A stretch of DNA of 56,074 nucleotides. Origin: Octopus bimaculoides (taxonomy: Eukaryota). The position numbers were made by a program, and so were the translations under genes. Location: NCBI RefSeq assembly GCF_001194135.2, contig NC_068986.1, forward strand, positions 111,982,697-112,038,770. Direction: 5' to 3'. Shown piece by piece: positions 23,041 to 36,101 of this stretch (position 1 is its first letter; each line of letters begins with the position of its first letter). The notes beneath the pieces are model-generated. The model was given only the letters and a program-made list of their open reading frames with translations, made no database searches and was not told the origin of the DNA.

Positions 23041-24332
23041 ATTATATTTGTATGAATATGTGGATATTTACATATTATGTATGTTTGCGCGTATGTGTGT
23101 GTGTGTTAGGCTGCATGTTGTGTCCTTGTGCAAAATCATTTCATTTCCACTCAGCTGCGAATGATTAAACATGTGATGGACTGGCGTAGCGTTTAGGAAA
23201 ATGTCGGCCTTCTCGCATAGCCAGCGGGTTCGCTGCCTCATCATTCGAAAGTGAAAATAATACAAAGTTCATTGTAACACCATCCGAGCCTCCTATTACT
23301 GAGCTTGAAACCCTGATCACTCGATTATAAGCTCTAAGCTATTCAACCACAACATTATTCCTAATACTCTTCAGCGTAAAAGAAAAGAAATACAGATATC
23401 GAGAGAATAAATCTAAAAAAATACAAAACGCTGAAAGAGTAGAGGCATCGGCAAAAAGAATATTATTTGATTTTGCCTTTTCATTGGCCTATAAAATGCG
23501 ACAGCGCGCCATTAATCAACAATACATTAACCGGAAATAGTTGTCAGACATGACCAAAGGATAGTCTGGAGACACAGGATACAGTAATGAAATACAACAG
23601 TACTGAAACGTATAAACAATCAGCGGAACTGCAAACACTAAGTGAAGACGTGACACTCATTTGGAAGACATTATCGTCAAAAACAACAGAATGATTCCAC
23701 TTCAATGTTTATATAATTCTCAGAGAAGTGTAATTTAGTTTAAAGTTTAGTTTAAATAAGTAACCTACATTAGGTAACGAGTTGTCTCCCCTCCTAATGC
23801 ATGAAAATATAATCTAAATCTTTCGAGACAATCATTATGGAGGAAACGAGGAGAAACCAGATTATACGATAGTACATATTCAGTCGTAATAGTGTCTATT
23901 AAGGCATCATTACATGAAATGGCTTATCCGATGAAGAGCTTAAATGAAAGGTATAAAGAATGCAGAAGTAAAAAGTAAAAGACCAATGAAGGTAAACTGC
24001 TGTGACTAATTTTGTACTTCAGTATAGAGCACAGGTCTAAAACACAGAAACAGCTTCGAAAACAAATCGTATTCAAACATCCAGTGACCACGAATATAAA
24101 ATGAAAAATAATGTACACGAGAAGAAATATAGAAGCAAAATGCAACATACGGTGATTAACGAATGAGTAACAGCACGAGAATTGAACAGGGTAAACATTG
24201 TAAATTATCTAAGCATTTTAGAAACGATATATACATACAGGTGGGTCTTACAAATCCCTTTGAACTTTAAAAGAAAACACAAACTAATAACTGTATTTAA
24301 AGTTAACAATCTTACACAGAAGACTATTATCA

Positions 24333-24600
24333 TTAACTTCTATTAGTTGTCGAAACTACGACTGTCCGTGGCTTTGACATTACTTGATAAGCTGTCTCTG
24401 TACTGGTCGGCTTTTCACTTAAATTTTGCCATTTACAATGATCAATTCGTTTCCACTTCATATTACTTTCTGCAGTATCTTTGCATCTCAGACTAGGTTT
24501 TCCGTGGTTTCTTCTCCTGTTGCATTGTTGGGTTAAAAAAGATTCGTCGAGTGAGTCTGTTATCCAGTTTGTATTGTTGTCCATACTGTTGTCATAATGA
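24333..24600 (-). mobile_element. RTE-type LINE 3' ORF end (degenerate)
   Basis: RRNHGKPSLRCKDTAESNMKWKRIDHCKWQNLS resembles the RTE C-terminal pattern R..GRP.LR.KD....l....I....W..l. Confidence 0.55.
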
Positions 24601-25588
24601 TTTTGTATATGTTGGTATTTCTCTCAAAATCAATTCAGTGCTAATGCCTTAAAAAGAGCGAAATAATTTAAAACACATTCAAATGCATATGCACGTGTAT
24701 AAACACACGTAAACACACACACACACATGTAAGTACAACAGTTTGTTGATAAAAGGCCTCGGAGTACTACGAGGTGTAGATGTGGGTGGAGGCCGAAAGA
24801 TGAGTCTCAAACTAGGATGCATTAATAGCAATAACGGTGCACGGCATGGGCGCAATATTCCGGCTCAAACTGAAATAGCATAAGAAAAATCAGACACGCA
24901 CTCACAAACACACACATACACACGCACACATTCACATAAGCACACACACACAATATATATAATAATAATATATATAATATATATAATAATATATGGCGTA
25001 AACAATGCATGTGTGTGCTTGTTAACACCCGTTAAATGCCTGTACATTTTACAGCCAATTACTTTTAATGAAGCAAAGTAATATATTTTCCACAATTATT
25101 TACGAATGAATATTTACATATATATATTCTTAAAATTATTTAAGTGTTCTTTCATGATTTAAACGAATCTATAACAGAAATTATGTAAACTATTCTCGTC
25201 TCTCACTTTGCACAATGCAAGCACGACTTGTTATAAGAAGATGGTGTGGATCATGACGACTATGCAACACATTCTATGCATTCTATTAATTATTGTATCC
25301 AATTAATCAATAATAATTATAGTTTTAATTAAATAATATAATTAGGCGATTATATAGATTAAGTACATAATGCAAAATTATTGGGTAAGTTCAAAATTCA
25401 ATTTGACTGAGTAATTTTTTTAGACTCCGACACAATTTATACATAGTCACAAAACGCACGCATACATACACGCAGACACACAAACTACAGATATAAGCAT
25501 ATAAATACAAGCATATATGTGCGTATGTATAATTGCTTAACTATCTATCTCTCTCTCTCTCTATGTATGTATACACACACATATATAT

Positions 25589-25644
<56 letters not shown>

Positions 25645-28005
25645 CCATCACTATCTATCTATATATCTATCTCTTTTTCTGTCTGTCAATATGTCTTGCC
25701 CTCTGTCCATCCCTTTCTTTATCTCTCTATATATCCATCCACCTATGTTTTTGTTTGTTTGTTTTTTTGTTTTTTTTTGCTTTTCAATAATGTATTCGCA
25801 TTAAGTATGATACAGATACTGCTGTTTTTAACTAATACTGCTTCTGTTCAGCAGAATGGGTTTTATGCCAACATCAGTAATTTTTCATTACAGAAAGACA
25901 TGTTAACAAATATATGTGCATATATGTGTGTTTGTGGGTGAGTGTGTGAGTCGATGCGATTCAGTAGTTGACCGAGCGTATATACACGTTATATTTATAC
26001 CTGTTGTCTCTGACCTGTTTCAGTCATTGGACTGCAGCTAAGCTGGGGCACAACTGTAAAGAATCTCGCTCGAACCAAATGACCTCCATCAATTATTTTT
26101 GGAAGCCAACATTTCTAAGACGCAAGCTTTTGATTCTTTCTGCTTTCTTTTCGTTTTCCGGTTTTGAACTTTCCACCAATTTTAGCCCAGAAACAGCTGT
26201 AAGACTATCTTAATCTTTATAAATGTCCTATAAATTCCATAAAACCTTGGCCTTGTTGTCACATTTTAAGTAAGATATATATATATATATATATATATAA
26301 TTCAAAGTGAGTAAGAGTTTGTGAATCCAACGAACTAAGGGATAGTATTTATCTATTCTAGAAATCACTGGTACTTTATATGTAAAACACAATCTTTAAT
26401 CACATATATATATATTCTCAGAATTGTTCAAAATAAATAAATATAATATAATGTATAACAGTTGATGCATATATATATATATATATATANNNNNNNNNNN
26501 NNNNNNNNNNNNNNNNNNNNNNNNNNNNNNNNNNNNNNNNNNNNNNNNATATGCTATTATGGTATATACATACATATTATATATATAACTATACATGGAA
26601 ACATGCACACATACGCAGTTATATCTCTGGTGGGAAGAAGCGTTCATATAATAATAGTGGATAGATAGAAGATTTATCTGAACCAACCGTGTGATATAAA
26701 CCTTATGGTAATGGCCTTCTGTTATGGAAACACTCGTGACGAACAAACAACAGACAGCAATCGCTATGCGCCGCCTTGTTGAGATATTGGTGTGGGTAAT
26801 AAGGTTTGTGGCGTGTGGACGTTAATGTTATATTGTTAACATTCACTACACGACATATTTTATATCTTGTTCTCGTATCAATTTTATGTTCCTTTCCATC
26901 AGATCGTTCTACTTGTGTAAACCGACAGCTTTAGGCATTGAAGGTAGAAACAGATGGAAGGAGTTGTGTAATGTAGTGGCTTTTATTTGTGTACCAGGTT
27001 TATTTCGAGCAATAGCGGATCGAATCTAGACGTGTACACAGTAATATTAATCTAGTCATATTTACTTACTCACGAATTCGCTCTCTACAATATCTGATGT
27101 CGTCCTTATTTGTTAGAGAAATAGATAACCGTGTAGTATCTGATTGGATTTCAATAAATTGTTATAACAAAGCCAGAAATAGTTGATGGCAACACAGATA
27201 ATCGATAATCTAATAAGTTTACAATTTTGCTCTATAGCTTAACTAAAAGATCGGGAGTAGTTTCAATATTGTTGTTGTTGAATGTAAATAAAATTAATAC
27301 GTCTTTCTTGAAGAAATCCTTCAAATATCACACTCACCAAGCATCAGTGAATCATGCGGAAGAGAAATGTTATATCGCCTTTCGTTGCTGATGTAAATAT
27401 TGTCATAAGCTCAAACTGTTTACTCAAAAGCCACGCCGTATATTATATTAAACCGTCTTTGCTAGAGAGACAGCAAACTACAAAATCCAAACGGGTTACA
27501 TAGTAATTATGTATCTTATGCAGATGGAATTCATGTTCCTTTTCGTTCAGCAAAGCCATTTTCTCATGTGTCTTTCTCTGTTACTTTAATAACAGTTACC
27601 GCTCGCCCCGCAACTCACACAACATCGTTTTAGAATATAATGTAAAGTTATACGATATTAAATAATTTGTTGTTTAGAAACTCACATATATGTGGGATGA
27701 GTGAGAAGCAATCACCGTGCAATTTATATAGACACGGCTCCAGTCACACTTGTTCTCACAAACATGCTTTTCATGTATGTGAGTATGCCTGTTTGCGTGT
27801 GTTTGTATGTGGGTGTCTTCACACACATACACATGTTATCAGGTCGCGTTGAAGTACTACGGGGAAAATGTAACCCAGTACAACCTGTTGGCAACTAAAC
27901 TGGTAACCCCATCTTGCTTAGATGGAGAGGAGGGAGATTGATTCGATACCCTACAGGACAAAAGTGGGAACCAGTCACAAGGGCAGACTAAGTCAATAAT
28001 GTGTG

Positions 28006-28140
28006 AAGGCGCGTGGCCTAGTGGTAAGGTTATTGGATTCCCGATTACGAGATCGTAGTTTCCATCCCCAGACATACTTTGCGTTTTGTTGTTGAATAAC
28101 ACACTTCATTTCACCTTTTTTTTTTCACTCAGTTGGGCAA
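28006..28140 (+). mobile_element. tRNA-derived SINE head (family D)
   Basis: aggcgcgtggcctagtggt (A box) ... gtttccatcccc (decayed B box) ... aacacacttcatttcac; related to the minus copy at 49640-49940. Confidence 0.6.
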
Positions 28141-28494
28141 TGTTGCATTAGTTTGGCGCAGAGGCGTGACGTGTTGACGGAAACCACAAGAACGGGGTTC
28201 TCGTAGGTCATGGTTTGCATTCAGCGATTGAAATAAGGAGTAATCCAGCCCGAACTGTTAATCAAATTCGTTGATGAATCACGTCGAAAGATGGGATGTT
28301 GATTATGATGATGTTAAAGATGCTGATACATACACACACACATGTANNNNNNNNNNNNNNNNNNNNNNNNNNNNNNNNNNNNNNNNNNNNNNNNNNNNNN
28401 NNNNNNNNNNNNNNNNNNNNNNNNNNNNNNNNNNNNNNNNNNNNNNNNNNNNNNNNNNNNNNNNNNNNNNNNNNNNNNNNNNNNCAAACAAGAC

Positions 28495-28612
28495 GAAAAC
28501 AGGTATAATAGTTTATCGCTCGGGAAGGAGAGATACTCTTTTATGTTTCGAGCCTACGCTTTTCAACAGGAAAGAACACAAGAAAATAAGCAGAGAGAGA
28601 ATAAAAAATGTT
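28495..28612 (-). mobile_element. Short repeat family F with degenerate hammerhead-like motif
   Basis: Minus strand CTTT-c-CTGTTGA-a-aAGC-gtag-GCTC-GAAAC-aTA-AAAG (28538-28574). Confidence 0.65.
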
Positions 28613-28657
28613 TTCGGTTCTATATTTAAGAGATGAGGAATGATGTACATTATTTAC

Positions 28658-28906
28658 GGGCACATGGTGTAGTGGTTAAGAGCGCAGGCTACTAACTCCA
28701 AGATTCCGAGTTCGATTCTAGGCAGTGACCTGAATAATAATAATAATAACAACAACAACATCCCGAAATACCTTAAGAATGAGAACCCAGGTTCGAAATT
28801 TTCCCAAGATACCTGATGAAGGCTGGATGGTATATCAACCGAAACGTTGTGTTAACAACAAACAAGATGAGGGCAACTAAATATTGTAAATAATGTAAAT
28901 AATGTA
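28658..28906 (+). mobile_element. tRNA-headed SINE-like element carrying a hammerhead ribozyme
   Basis: tRNA-like head GGGCACA...GTGACC with A box TGGTGTAGTGG (28665-28675) and B box GAGTTCGATTC (28708-28718); (AAT)n/(AAC)n spacer; hammerhead at 28808-28853; (GTAAATAAT)n end. Confidence 0.8.
28808..28853 (+). ncRNA. Type I hammerhead ribozyme motif (palindromic, dimer-type helix III)
   Basis: Helix I GATAC/GTGTT; core CTGATGA (28813-28819); extra A; helix II 28821-28840 closed GG/CC; GAAA (28841-28844); helix III ACGT palindrome; GUU triplet with predicted cleavage after 28848. Confidence 0.75.
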
Positions 28907-30058
28907 AAAAAGTTTTACTGGCCAGCGGTCAATCATGGCGTTTATATGTGTGTGTGTAGGAGTGTGTGTGTGTGTGTGTGTTTGTGTGCGAGTGTGTGTG
29001 TGTGCGTGCGTGTGTGTGTGTGAGAAATGGATAACAAAACAATTAGACAATTATACATTCAATTCTAGTTAAATATTTTATACAAACAAATGACACATCT
29101 GATAAATTACAGCTGTTTACGCTTCCTTAATAAAACGGAGTTTTACAAGAATAATCTTATCCGTTTAATATGTAATGCTGCCTCATCAGATCCATATATC
29201 ACATTTAATATTTCACGGAAAATTTCAATTAAAATTATTTATAGCTAAAATTATTTATGACAAAAAACGCTTCTTTAGAGCGAGCCTAATCATTAATAAG
29301 TAAATAATCTCACTGAAATTACGTAAATTCCTAAATTTAAATCGATAAATATTCAGTTCTACAACCGATTTTATTGCACAATACCCACATTCATATATGC
29401 ATATTTATATATACTTATGAAAACACATGTACATTTATCATTTATGTATACATACATACATACATACACACACGTACGTATACACACAGGCATATTCACA
29501 CACACAAGTTTATTTATTCATATATACATATATCTATATTTTTTACAATATGCATACATATAAAATTCATACACACATGTATCTATAGAATATTTCATAT
29601 ATTAATTCAAATCTAAATAAAAAAAGAATTATATCTAAATAAAAGGGTTTATAGTATGAATTCGACTTAAATTCTATTAGAATACAGGGGAGATAATTAT
29701 TTTTCCATTTATAGAAAGTAAACAAAAGACCAAACAAACTCGATACGGTCAACGAGAAAAACATTCAAATTTATACATAAAACAAAAACAAGGAAACAAA
29801 ATATCCAGCATACGAACAACGAGCGAAAAAAAAAAAACTTAAGATACATACACCATATTTTCGTATACACCGCATTATTCATTCACTCACATACGTATAT
29901 TTATCGATGCATATAAACAAAACGAAAAACGAAACCGACTATATACAGACAGAAAAATAAATTTGATACATACATCAAAACCAAAATGATACCAATATAA
30001 AACAATTTATTGTTTTATTTTCCATCTACCACTGACACTAAAATATATATACATATAC

Positions 30059-30159
<101 letters not shown>

Positions 30160-30169
30160 NNNNNNNNNN

Positions 30170-30242
<73 letters not shown>

Positions 30243-30369
30243 ACATATAAACGAAATGCCCCAAACTACCAATTATCTATGATAAATAGTCTATATCAGC
30301 TTGCATATACACATTATGGGCAGCTACAAGAGACAAGACACATAAAGAACAATCCTTTCATCCGTTGTT

Positions 30370-30710
30370 ATCTACTCCGCCTTTAGAACGTCGGGACAAG
30401 ACGCGACTTCGTTAAAACGTCGTTCCCGCAAAGCAAATTAAATAAAATTTGGGATTTGTGGAGGTTTAATCGGTAACAAAAACAGAACAGTAAGAACAAA
30501 ACAGTAAAAACAGACGGTAAGAGCTGTTAAACCATAACGAGGTGGAGAACGCTGGAGAAACGAGCTTGACAGGAGAATGCACAAATGTGTCTCGTTCTCT
30601 ATTGTTTTCTTTCGTTGTTTAATAACAAAAGTTCGTTTTCCATCATTTTGCTTTTTTATGTCCTTGTTTTTCATTTTGTTCACGTATTCTTGACGTCCTG
30701 TACCCATATA
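30370..30710. repeat. Probable interspersed repeat, unclassified
   Basis: A-rich half followed by T-rich half with elevated CpG between microsatellites; no second copy in the window to confirm. Confidence 0.3.
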
Positions 30711-30787
30711 TGCAAGTATATATATACATATATATGGAGGTATGTACATATATATATGTACATATGATTCTATATATATATACAGAT

Positions 30788-30857
<70 letters not shown>

Positions 30858-31049
30858 TCCCATTCATATATACACATATACACACACGGTCTTACATACA
30901 TACACATACATATCAATGGACAGCTATAGCTTATCACAGCTACGCATATATACCTACATGAATATATACATACACAAATACACTTATAATTACACATGCA
31001 AAACTCGCTGAAAAATTAGCGTCACAATCCTTTTACACAATCCTTTTAC

Positions 31050-31225
31050 ACAATACGTTTCTCTCTATTTATATTTCTGTGTTCCTTTCTGTTGAAGTGC
31101 ATAGGCTCGAAACGTAAAATACTTTCTCACTTTCCGAGCGTCAAACTAATACAACTGTTTGTTGTTTACCCGTGTTCGTCTTTTGTTTTTTTTTTTCGTT
31201 TTTTTTTTGTAAATTCCAACTATAT
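31050..31225 (+). mobile_element. Short repeat family F with hammerhead-like motif
   Basis: cTTT-CTGTTGA-A-GtGC-atag-GCTC-GAAAC-GTA-AAA (31085-31119), then actttctcactttccgagcgtcaaactaatac shared with the other two copies. Confidence 0.7.
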
Positions 31226-31249
31226 ATACTCTTACTCTTTTTACACTTT

Positions 31250-31430
31250 TACTTGTTTCAGTCATTTGACTGCGGCCATGCTGGAGCACCGCCTTTAGTC
31301 GACCAAATCGACCCCAGGACTTATTCTTTGGATGCCTAGTACTTATTCTATCGGTTCTTTTGCCGAACCGCTAAGTAACGGGGACCAGCATCGGTTGTCA
31401 AACGATGTTAGGGGGACAAACATAGACACA
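31250..31430 (-). mobile_element. SINE family C
   Basis: cttgtttcagtcatttgactgcggccatgctgg...agtacttattctatcgg...gaaccgctaagt...cggttgtcaa. Confidence 0.85.
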
Positions 31431-31445
31431 CAAACATATACACAC

Positions 31446-31494
<49 letters not shown>

Positions 31495-32466
31495 NNNNNN
31501 NNNNNNNNNNNNNNNNNNNNNNNNNNNNNNNNNNNNNNNNNNNNNNNNNNNNNNNNNNNNNNNNNNNNNNNNNNNNNNNNNNNNNNNNNNNNNNNNNNNN
31601 NNNNNNNNNNNNNNNNNNNNNNNNNNNNNNNNNNNNNNNNNNNNNNNNNNNNNNNNNNNNNNNNNNNNNNNNNNNNNNNNNNNNNNNNNNNNNNNNNNNN
31701 NNNNNNNNNNNNNNNNNNNNNNNNNNNNNNNNNNNNNNNNNNNNNNNNNNNNNNNNNNNNNNNNNNNNNNNNNNNNNNNNNNNNNNNNNNNNNNNNNNNN
31801 NNNNNNNNNNNNNNNNNNNNNNNNNNNNNNNNNNNNNNNNNNNNNNNNNNNNNNNNNNNNNNNNNNNNNNNNNNNNNNNNNNNNNNNNNNNNNNNNNNNN
31901 NNNNNNNNNNNNNNNNNNNNNNNNNNNNNNNNNNNNNNNNNNNNNNNNNNNNNNNNNNNNNNNNNNNNNNNNNNNNNNNNNNNNNNNNNNNNNNNNNNNN
32001 NNNNNNNNNNNNNNNNNNNNNNNNNNNNNNNNNNNNNNNNNNNNNNNNNNNNNNNNNNNNNNNNNNNNNNNNNNNNNNNNNNNNNNNNNNNNNNNNNNNN
32101 NNNNNNNNNNNNNNNNNNNNNNNNNNNNNNNNNNNNNNNNNNNNNNNNNNNNNNNNNNNNNNNNNNNNNNNNNNNNNNNNNNNNNNNNNNNNNNNNNNNN
32201 NNNNNNNNNNNNNNNNNNNNNNNNNNNNNNNNNNNNNNNNNNNNNNNNNNNNNNNNNNNNNNNNNNNNNNNNNNNNNNNNNNNNNNNNNNNNNNNNNNNN
32301 NNNNNNNNNNNNNNNNNNNNNNNNNNNNNNNNNNNNNNNNNNNNNNNNNNNNNNNNNNNNNNNNNNNNNNNNNNNNNNNNNNNNNNNNNNNNNNNNNNNN
32401 NNNNNNNNNNNNNNNNNNNNNNNNNNNNNNNNNNNNNNNNNNNNNNNNNNNNNNNNNNNNNNNNNN

Positions 32467-32504
<38 letters not shown>

Positions 32505-35062
32505 AAAAGAAAATATATAACTTATTGAATATAATAATAATAATTTCATCTCTTTTACCGCGCATATGTGTATGCCGATATATTTCTCATCTCATCTGTT
32601 GTCTGACTTCTATTTCAATAACGTTGTGACAGTGTATGTATATGCATATACACATCTCTTGGAGTTTGTATATCATGAAGAATATATGTGTTTGTGTTAT
32701 TAAACATTAGACAGTGGCTTTACCTTCAGATATCTGATATGAATAACAGCGGCAATATAAAAGCAAGCTTCACTTTAATTAGTAACTGTATCTAAGTTTT
32801 GATACCCACTGTGAATCGCCTCTCCCTAGCAATAAAAACTTTAATGATACTCTAAAATATAATTTTGAAGCTATATTTCTTGAAATGTATCTCTAAAAAT
32901 AGAAATAAAATAAATAAATAAAAACACCCCGGTGAAATATTGTCGAATATCAAAGAATTTCTTTCCGCATTTCATTTGGAGTTTTCATTTCTTTAAGCCA
33001 TCGTCTTAATTTAACAACGTTTACCAGTTGCGTCTCGGTGTTAATAAACGTCACGGAAAGCTCTTAGTATGGATAATTTATCGACAATTAAACTCCTGCC
33101 TCTGACAATAAAATCGCTCGCTCTATCATATCTTAACATTAAGATTTCGTATTCGTGTTGAGAATATCACCGAACTGCCATTACTATCCAGTAGAGCTAA
33201 TGGCTTCAGCTTTAATATTTAATCTTATCGAGACTGAATTCTATAACAAACTCACGCATGTTTGTCTCATAAGAATGATAACTATTTTCAAAACTTCGAA
33301 AGGAATGTCCATCCGCTAAGATGATTTCTTAATTGATTACGGCAGGTATTATCTGTGATGAGACAGCGGTTCCATGTTAATGGCAAAGGAAGTAGTTTAA
33401 AGCATATTATAAACAGAATAATCCGTTTAGGAGACTAAATCTCTCGCAAATAATCGAAATAACGGTGGTGCGATAAAGGTATACGTATACATCCATGCGT
33501 ACATCTACATAAACATACCTGCCTGCATATGCATGCGTATATAAGTTCATACTTATATTCATAAACATACACACCACACATACACGCATGCACATATACA
33601 TATATTAGTAAATATATATGTATAACTATACCCCAATCTCATATATATATTTCTCTCTTGCGTTTATGCTTCACATACGTAACTACACTTGAAAAGAAAT
33701 TGAATTATGTTCTGTGTGCGTAGATTACGTTGTACTCTTCAAGGAGAGACACATTGCGATAAAATACCCCAGAAATTTTCAATTGCCAAGATGAAAGTTA
33801 CATTCATATACCTTTTCTTTAACAGGGCGTTTAAAGATCACAATAGATCTTTACTTCGAAAATGAATCCACCTTCACGTTGTTCATTAGAATCCATTGAA
33901 ATGTAACATTTTGAACTTAGACGGTGAGTTGAAACCGCGGCAAATAATGAACCTTCATTTCTCATTCTGTTTGTAGCTAATTTCCCAATAATTCGTGTAT
34001 CATCTTTATCAAGAAACAAGAGGAGAACAAAAAATAAACAAAAACGCGTGTGGTTAAATAAAGACTTAAAGTGTTTGCCAAATTTAAAACAAAAAAAGGA
34101 CTGTCAGGCGTGGAACGCCTTTTGAATCTATATTTACGTGGCCAAGTTTCAAATATAACGAAAGCACTGAGATTTTAGAAATTAGCAAGATGCTAAGTGG
34201 TCTTCTTTGTGATAGCTTAATAACATGTTACACAAAGCCAGCCTGTTTCCTACAAAGGTCACCTTACTCAATTAAAACTTGCACCAGGAAGTGCTGAGAC
34301 TGGTGTATTCTATATCTGAAACAGGCTGATGTTATGGTTATTTGAAGAAAGACTTTGGGCAGTGTCCCCTCGTTCAGGACCAAGTTGTGAATCAATCAAC
34401 CACAGCAACAACAAGAGGAATATCAGCGACAGTAATAATAGTATTCAGTTTCGTTGCTCGTATTGTTGTTGTTGTTGTTGTTATAGTAGCGGCATCGGTG
34501 GTGGTAATGGTTGGGCTTGAGGTTTAGCCTGAAATCGCCTTTAATCAAGCAGATATAATTGCAAAGATACTTCAGTGAAGCCCCTCCCGGATATTTGTTC
34601 CAGCCACACCTGGACAAGCGACTATATCAATTATTGCGCGGTTTTGTGAGCATCATGTTGTGGCTTATAGAACATACGGTTGCTATCTTTCATACCTTCA
34701 CTGATTCTCGTGTAGTGTCCCCGTAAAATTGTTAATGTATTACTTGTTTCAAAATTTTCCAGCGTCTACATAGATACAACAGAATAGGTATGGACCAATA
34801 CTCGTTCGCCCATTCTAATACGTGTCTTAAAAGTAAGGCTTGTTATACATTGAACGATATTCTCAAGACTCGTGTAATTTACCATGGAGCTGAACGTTTC
34901 AATATAGTTCTACACATAAAACTATGCATATACTCTTTTATTCTTTTGCTTTTACTTATTTCAGTCATTTGAATGCGGCCAACACTAGTGGTCAAAATGA
35001 TGGTGGGTACAAACACAGAAAAAAAAAAGCACACACACACAAACGCACACACATACACACAC

Positions 35063-35225
35063 ATATACGACGGGCTTCTTTCAGTTTCTATCTACCAAAT
35101 CCACTCTCAAAGTTTTGGTTGGCCCGAAGCTATAGTAGAAGCCATTAGCCCAAGGTTCCACGCATTGGGACTGAACCCGGAACTATGTGACTGGAAAGCA
35201 AGCTTCTTACCATAGAGCCATTCTT
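35063..35225 (-). mobile_element. tRNA-derived SINE family B
   Basis: Reverse complement of the 12519-12685 family; B-box-like gggttcagtccc. Confidence 0.8.
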
Positions 35226-35331
35226 ATAATAGCNNNNNNNNNNTTATAATAGCTAGTATTTGATGTACAAATTCCCAAAGGCATGTATTCATTTATTCAC
35301 TCTCTTCCCCGTTCTCTCTTTCTCTCTCTCT

Positions 35332-35385
<54 letters not shown>

Positions 35386-35981
35386 TGTCTTGAGGACTGC
35401 TATCGACGTATCTCTGATTTATACCTTTCACTGAAAGACTTATATAATACTGGACATCTGACGGCCAAGCTGAGTCATTCAGGCGGTTACTTCGAGAATG
35501 TTTCTTTAACATCCTTTCAATATCTGTATCTCAAATGTCAGAGTTCCTCTATGCTGGCAATAAAAGTACCAAAATCATTGAATACACAGAAAGCATTCCC
35601 TAAGAGTGCAGTATGGTTCTCCATTTGACCTGTAGCTTGGTTTGTGAAAGATGGGGCTAGTTGCAGCGTTGTACGTCATGTGCCAGTCGTATTAATACTC
35701 CTCATGCAGAGATTTCCTTAGAAAATTGGAAATGTGGCCAAGAACTATCTAAAATGCCTGATATTATATTTATATGTTGAAGGGAAGCGAGGTATTACTG
35801 CCATTCAATACCATTCTTTTTATTATCTGTGTAATTGAAACAGTTATTTGCCGTTTATGTAAAGTCCTCTGTTGCACCAGTATTTTCCACTTTTATTTCA
35901 TAATTTGAGTTCTCTTTCAGCTGCCAGAAATATTTCGACGAGTATGTAGCATTTCTCTCATCGGTGTGCATGTGTGGGTGT

Positions 35982-36022
<41 letters not shown>

Positions 36023-36059
36023 CGTGTGTGCGTGTGCATGTGTGTGTGTGTTTGTGTGT

Positions 36060-36101
<42 letters not shown>

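Noticed and set aside
28658-28730. Functional tRNA gene
   Set aside because: Anticodon stem pairs poorly, acceptor and T stems have mismatches, and the sequence continues into a repeat body; treated as a SINE head.
35224-35253. 10-bp direct repeat ttataatagc either side of a 10-N gap
   Set aside because: Typical unmerged contig overlap, not a target-site duplication.
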